A DNA stretch of 64,000 bases from assembly GCF_030684315.1 (NCBI RefSeq), contig NC_081388.1, forward strand, positions 23,233,015 to 23,297,014, given 5' to 3'. This document shows, piece by piece, positions 61,745 through 64,000 of the stretch. Origin of the DNA: Stegostoma tigrinum (lineage: Eukaryota). Below the pieces are notes generated by a model. It saw only the letters and a list, made by a program, of their open reading frames with translations. It had not been told where the DNA came from and ran no database searches. How positions within the stretch are numbered: the first letter of the stretch is position 1; the number at the start of each line of letters is the position of its first letter. The position numbers and the translations under genes were made by a program.

Positions 61745-63005
61745 GCAGTCAGTCTGACATCAGTGGTGGATAAGTTATTGGGGGTTTCTGAGAATTAGGA
61801 TTTACATGAATTTGGAGAGGCAAGGACTGATTACGGAAAGTCAGCATGGCTGTATGCATGTGTAATTGAGTCTTAGAAATTATGATGTGTTGTGTGCAAG
61901 GACTTCTGGTAAGATTCCGCATAATAGACTAATGGTTAAAGTTAGTTTACATGGGATTCAGGAGATTCAATTTGCCAATTGGATACAAAATTGGCTTGTT
62001 GGTAGGAGGCAGAGGGTAGTGTTGGAGGGTTCTTTTTTGGGCTGGAAATGTGTGACCAGCAGCGTTCTGCAAGGATTGGTGCTGGTCCACTTTTGTTTGT
62101 CATTTATGTAAACGATTTGGATGAAAATTTTGGAGACATGGTTAGTAAGTTTGCAGATGACACCAAACTTCGTGACAGTCAACAGTGAAGAAGGTTATGT
62201 AAGAATACAAAAGGATCTTGGTCAGTTTGGCCAATGAACTGAGGAATGGCAAATGGAATATAATTTGGATGAATGTAAGGTACTGCTTTTTGGTAAAACA
62301 AATAAGGGCAGGACTTATGTAATTAATGGTAAAACCCTGAGTAGTGTTGTGAAACAGAGACACCTAGGGGTTCAGGTACATAGTTTGTGCAAATTGCAAC
62401 ACAGGTAGACAGGGTGGTTAAGAAGGTGTTTAGCATGCTTGCCTTCATTGCTCAGACCATTAGGAGTTGAGATGACATGTTGAGACTGACCAAAGGGTCA
62501 GATAGATGGAAAACTCAAGTGATGTATGGGATTGAACAAAAACAGAAATTGCTGGAGAAACTCACGAAGCCTGGCAACATGTATGCGGAGTAAACAGTTA
62601 GTGCTTCAAGTCCAGTTGGAAGCATTCAAGTTGGTAAGGCCATTTTTGGAGTACCTTGCACAATTCTGGTCACCCTGCTTTGTAAGGATTTTCTTAAATT
62701 GGAGAAGGTTCAGAAAAGATTTACTGAAATGTTCCCAGGACTAGAAGGCCTGAGTTATAAGGATAGGCTGGGACCTTCTTCACTGGAGCTTAGAAATTTG
62801 AGGAATGACCTTGTAGAGATTGATAAAGTCATGAGAGCATAGAAAAGGTAGATAGCAAAGGTCTTTCCCCTCTGGTGGGTGAGTTCAAAGCTAGAGGTTA
62901 TATTTATAATGTAAAGAGGAGAATGATTTAAAAGGACCTGTGGGGCAACTTTTTCACACAGAGGGTGGGTGGTATGTGCAATGAACTGCCTGGGTTAGTG
63001 TTGTA
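61745..63005 (+). mobile_element. CR1 LINE 3' fragment
   Basis: WIQNWLVGRRQRVV..VTSSVLQG, VRPFLEYLAQFWSP. Confidence 0.88.
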
Positions 63006-64000
63006 TACAGGTTGCCTACCGTTTGTGGAACTGATGCTCTGGCCATCCAGGTACCCAATGATGAGATTATGTTGGCCTTTCCATCACTGTTCATAGTTGT
63101 TTTGACATTTTACTGGAATTTGGCAATATCATAGCCCCAAACAAACTGATTCTTCTCCAGTGATATTTTCAGTTGGTTGTTCCTACTTATTTTGTACATT
63201 CATTCTTTGAGAGGAAACCTCTGCAGTTTTGGAGGAGCGGTCTGAGAGGAGTGGTGGGCTGAGGAAAAACCTGGGCCAAAGGCCAAAATTTCAGGATCTC
63301 TACAGCAGGATCAATTTTTGCAATTAAGTCTGCCAATCTAAAAGGTGGATTGAACTCCCTGACTGCAGGGCTCAGAAGTCTTCTCTGTATGTATTTCCAT
63401 TTCACTGAAGCAAAATTCCTCAGAATTAAGTGCTCGCTCCTAATTAAGTTCTACCCAGTTGAGAAATCCAGGTCTTTAGGTACCTAACTGCATTTAAGAG
63501 ACATGCACCTGGTGAGACTAACTTCTTCCAGAACTTTGGAGTAAGTACTTGCTGCTTATTGCTTGAAGTGATGCAGCTTTAATTTAAGGTCAGATTGAAT
63601 TGCTTTGCAAGATGTCCAAGTGGAGCAAAAACAGTATAGAGGAAGAAGGTGGCTACGAGTTTCGAACAGGGGTAAGTGAAAGTAGCAAAGGAGAGGGAAG
63701 GATAATGAGGCATTGTCTGGGTATAGAGAGAAGGGGAGCTATGTTTATATCCTGTTAAATTAAGACATATTTAAAATAGTACAGATTATGTGACATCAAA
63801 TGATCACCAATGCCACCCATATACGTTGAATACATCTTTTTCTTTCTTAGCCAACCACTATGTCTGATGCTGCCCTGACATCCACAGCTGGAGTTGATTT
63901 GGGCTCTTTGAAAGGGTCTAAGTGAATGTCTGGACTCCAATTGCCCTTTGTAAACTAGACACCTCCGGGGGTCCTACTTTCACTGGCTGGAGCCTAGTGT

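Noticed and set aside
63610-63677. Possible plus-strand exon ending at GG|GTAAGT
   Set aside because: A good donor, but a weak acceptor and no recognisable product.
78-63940. Most ORFs in the supplied track
   Set aside because: They are broken frames or antisense shadows of CR1, Penelope and Gypsy elements (e.g. the recurring SDEGSRPETSAFVLLRCCLACCVHPA is just the translated hammerhead region), not host genes.

Overview
Vertebrate genomic DNA, most likely a cartilaginous fish, inferred from HE1-like and Deu-type SINEs and abundant CR1 LINEs. The window is dominated by decayed, nested retroelements. One host gene is supported, on the minus strand: an ICAM/VCAM-family adhesion protein with four Ig exons (46393-46714, 34221-34535, 32756-33049, 31779-32066) and a transmembrane exon missed by the ORF track (27841-27956). 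All introns are phase-1 GT-AG, and the product is about 444 aa with a 4-residue tail. The rest is CR1, L2-like and Rex1-like LINE fragments, three Gypsy elements plus solo LTRs, SINEs, and Penelope-like elements (RT + GIY-YIG). The most striking structure is a set of minimal hammerhead-ribozyme motifs (CTGANGA-N-stem II-GAAACGTH) in three sequence families. They sit at Penelope termini and inside short fold-back (palindromic) insertions that place hammerheads head-to-head on both strands, almost all flanked by 14-16 bp target-site duplications (TSDs). Repeat boundaries were read by eye and are approximate unless TSD coordinates are given.
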